Shown here one piece after another: positions 61,904-64,000 of a stretch of DNA of 64,000 nucleotides. Made by a program: the position numbers and the translations under genes. The DNA comes from an uncultured Planctomycetota bacterium. Lineage in GTDB: Bacteria > Planctomycetota > Planctomycetia > Isosphaerales > Isosphaeraceae. Below the pieces are notes generated by a model. That model was not told the DNA's origin and did no database searches. It saw only the letters and a list, made by a program, of their open reading frames with translations. The stretch covers positions 5,088,001 to 5,152,000 of the forward strand of contig CAVTTN010000002.1 in the NCBI GenBank assembly GCA_963737655.1, read 5' to 3'. Within the stretch, counting starts at the first letter, position 1, and every line of letters begins with the position of its first letter.

Positions 61904-62872
61904 TTATTTGGCCGCCGTCTCCGTGCCCATGCCGGCCAGGGCCTTGGCGTTGGCCGCCAGGTCCTCGGCCGTGGGGGCGACGTAGCCCCCGGCCTCCGCG
62001 AACTTGCCGGCGCCGTCGAGGTAGAACTTCACGAACTTCGCCACCTCCGGCCGCTTCATCGCCGAGTTCTTCACGTAGATGAACAGAGGGCGGGCCAGCG
62101 GGCTGTACGTCTTATCCAGGATCGTCTGAGGACTCGGCTCGACCGGCTTCGTGCCCGAGTCCTTCTGGATCGGGACGGCGCGGAGCTTCGACGAGGCCGC
62201 GGCGAAGTAGGCGTAGCCGAAGTAGCCCAGGGCGTCGGGGTCGCCGGCCACCCCGGTGACCAGCACGTTGTCGTTCTCGCTCTGCTGGGCGTCCTTCCTC
62301 TGGGCCCCGGTCTTGCCGGTGATCTCCTCGGTGAAGAAGTCGAACGTGCCCGATTTGCTGTCCGGCGTGAACAGGGTGATCGGCCGGTCCGGCCAGCTCG
62401 GGTCCAGCTCCTTCCAGGTCTTGATCTTGCTGTTGGGCTCGAAGAGCGCCTTGAGCTGGGCGACCGTCAGGCTCTTGACGAAGTCGTTCTTCGGGTTCAC
62501 GACGATGGTGATGCCGTCGTAGCCGACCTGGAAGCGGGTCCAGGGCATCCCGCCCTTGATCGCGCCCTCCTCTTCCTTCGGCTTGGCCGGTCGGGAGGCA
62601 TCGACGATGTCGACCTCCCCCGCGAGGTACTTGTTGAACCCCGGCCCCGTGCCGTGGGAGCTCACGATCACCCGGCCCTTGGGGTCTTCCGAGGCATATG
62701 CCTCCTGGGCCGCCAGGCTGATCCGGAAGACCGTGGACGAGCCATCGACGACGACTTCCTTCGAGGCCGACGAGGAGGAGGACGAGGCCGTCCCTCCGTC
62801 CTCGCCCCCGCCGCACCCGGCGAGGAACAGGGCGGAGACGATCGCGACGGCGGATGACGGACGGAGCCTCAT
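61904..62872 (-). CDS. pstS: Phosphate-binding lipoprotein
   Basis: Lipobox LAGC; VDGSSTV, GTGPG, DASR, SGTFDFF, YSPLARPLFIY. Confidence 0.92.
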   Translation of the reverse strand: MRLRPSSAVAIVSALFLAGCGGGEDGGTASSSSSSASKEVVVDGSSTVFRISLAAQEAYASEDPKGRVIVSSHGTGPGFNKYLAGEVDIVDASRPAKPKEEEGAIKGGMPWTRFQVGYDGITIVVNPKNDFVKSLTVAQLKALFEPNSKIKTWKELDPSWPDRPITLFTPDSKSGTFDFFTEEITGKTGAQRKDAQQSENDNVLVTGVAGDPDALGYFGYAYFAAASSKLRAVPIQKDSGTKPVEPSPQTILDKTYSPLARPLFIYVKNSAMKRPEVAKFVKFYLDGAGKFAEAGGYVAPTAEDLAANAKALAGMGTETAAK

Positions 62873-63025
62873 GGGAAGCCTCGAGCAAACGCGGGATTCG
62901 GTCCAGGCGGGGCCCGGGGACGGCCCCCTCGCACGACAGTTCGCCCCCACGCTACCCGAATTCCGTGAAGATTTCGGGTAGATGACGCGAGGAGGCGGCG
63001 ATTTTTGTGAAGATCCGCGGGCCGG

Positions 63026-64000
63026 TCACGGCGGGGCGTCCGGGGGCGATCCCCCCTCGCCGTCCACCAACCGGGGGAGGGTCACGCGGAAGACCGTCCC
63101 TTCGCCCAGCCGGCTCTCCACGCCGATCTGGCCCGAGAGCGACTGGACCAGGTGCTTGACGATCGACAGCCCCAGCCCCGTCCCGCCGAGCTCGCGGCTC
63201 CGGGCCTTGTCCACCCGGTAGAACCGCTCGAAGACCCGGGGGAGGTCTTCCCGGGGGATGCCGATCCCGGAATCCGAGACCTCCAGGCGGATCGAGCCGC
63301 CTCGGGCGGCGCACGAGACGTGGACCATCCCGCCGTCGGGCGTGTACTTGATGGCGTTGTCGATCAGGTTATCGAGGATCTGCCGGACCGCCTCCTCGTC
63401 GGCCAGGACGCGGGCGGAGCGGGGGAGGCCGTCGAGCCGGGCGGTGAAGTCCAGGTCCTTGGCCTCGGCCCGCCCCCGATAGGCCTCGACGATCTTGCGG
63501 ACCACCGGCGCGATCTCCAGGGGGGCGTGATGGAACACCTCCTGCCCCGATTCCAGGCGGGCGAGGCTGAGCAGGTCCATGATCAGGTGGTTCAGGCGGT
63601 CGGCCTGCTCGTCGATCTGGCCGAGGAACCGGCCGTTGACCTCGTCGTCGTGCAGGGCGCCATCCATGAGCGTCTCGGTATACGCCTTGATCGCGGCCAG
63701 GGGGGTCTTGAGCTCGTGGGAGGCATTGGCGACGAAATCCTGCCTCATCCGCTCGAGGCGGCGGAGCTCGGTCACGTCGTGGAAGACCAGGACGGCCCCC
63801 GGGGGGGCGAGCCCGGCAGGGGCGTCCCCTGGACCGCCAGGACGCGGGCCCCGACGCCTCGGCCCTCGGTCCCGGTCACCACGATCTCGACCCGGTGCGG
63901 CCTCGGCCCGGAGAGCGTGGCATCGACGGCGTCCTGGATCTGGGGGCTGCGGATCAGCTCGGCCACCAGCTTGCCGACCGACGCCGGCCCCACGCCAAAG
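63026..64000 (-). CDS. phoR: Sensor histidine kinase PhoR (5' truncated by window); frameshift ~63800
   Basis: DFVANASHELKTPL, NLIDNAIKYT, DSGIGIP, FERFYRVDKARSR, GGTGLGLSIVKH. Confidence 0.9.
   Translation of the reverse strand, partial: LWRGAGVGRQAGGRADPQPPDPGRRRCHALRAEAAPGRDRGDRDRGPRRRGPRPGGPGDAPAGLAPPGAVLVFHDVTELRRLERMRQDFVANASHELKTPLAAIKAYTETLMDGALHDDEVNGRFLGQIDEQADRLNHLIMDLLSLARLESGQEVFHHAPLEIAPVVRKIVEAYRGRAEAKDLDFTARLDGLPRSARVLADEEAVRQILDNLIDNAIKYTPDGGMVHVSCAARGGSIRLEVSDSGIGIPREDLPRVFERFYRVDKARSRELGGTGLGLSIVKHLVQSLSGQIGVESRLGEGTVFRVTLPRLVDGEGGSPPDAPP

Noticed and set aside
62950..63015. Canonical Pho box upstream of pstS
   Set aside because: CTTCAC/GTCAT half-site-like words are present but not at 11-bp periodicity
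18746..63810. Programmed ribosomal frameshifting or mass pseudogenisation
   Set aside because: No slippery heptamer pattern; indels are scattered across unrelated, often essential genes; sequencing error is the simpler explanation
1..64000. tRNA, rRNA, transposase, prophage or defence genes
   Set aside because: No recognisable signatures by eye; a tRNAscan/Infernal/DefenseFinder run would be needed to exclude them fully

Overview
A GC-rich 64 kb bacterial chromosome segment, almost certainly Planctomycetota and probably Isosphaeraceae (inferred from DUF1501, DUF1549/1553, DUF1570, LEPR-XLL-type leaders and PEP-CTERM). Housekeeping content: ECF sigma/anti-sigma, DEAD-box helicase, batA/B-C/D, purEK, RNase D, ROK kinase, rfbBA, waaA, csrA and phoR-pstSCAB-phoB. 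It also carries a cyanophycin synthetase divergent from an ABC transporter and DUF1854. About 15 single-base frameshifts, mostly in G/C runs and some in normally essential genes, point to long-read sequencing errors rather than true pseudogenes. Intergenic DNA is dense in palindromic REP/REPIN-like elements of at least six families, plus a long inverted heptamer array. No CRISPR, rRNA, tRNA, transposase or integrase was found. The best candidate for an under-described system is 37.4-49.7 kb. It encodes three membrane-fusion/adaptor proteins (GAF-like-MFP, MFP, and PqqD/RRE-like + M50 metallopeptidase + MFP) with no ABC or RND pump, then DUF3467 and a 1429-aa protein with a non-hydrophobic LEPR-XLL-type leader. 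This suggests a leader-recognising, ABC-independent export/processing machine. All family assignments come from motif recognition, not from database searches.
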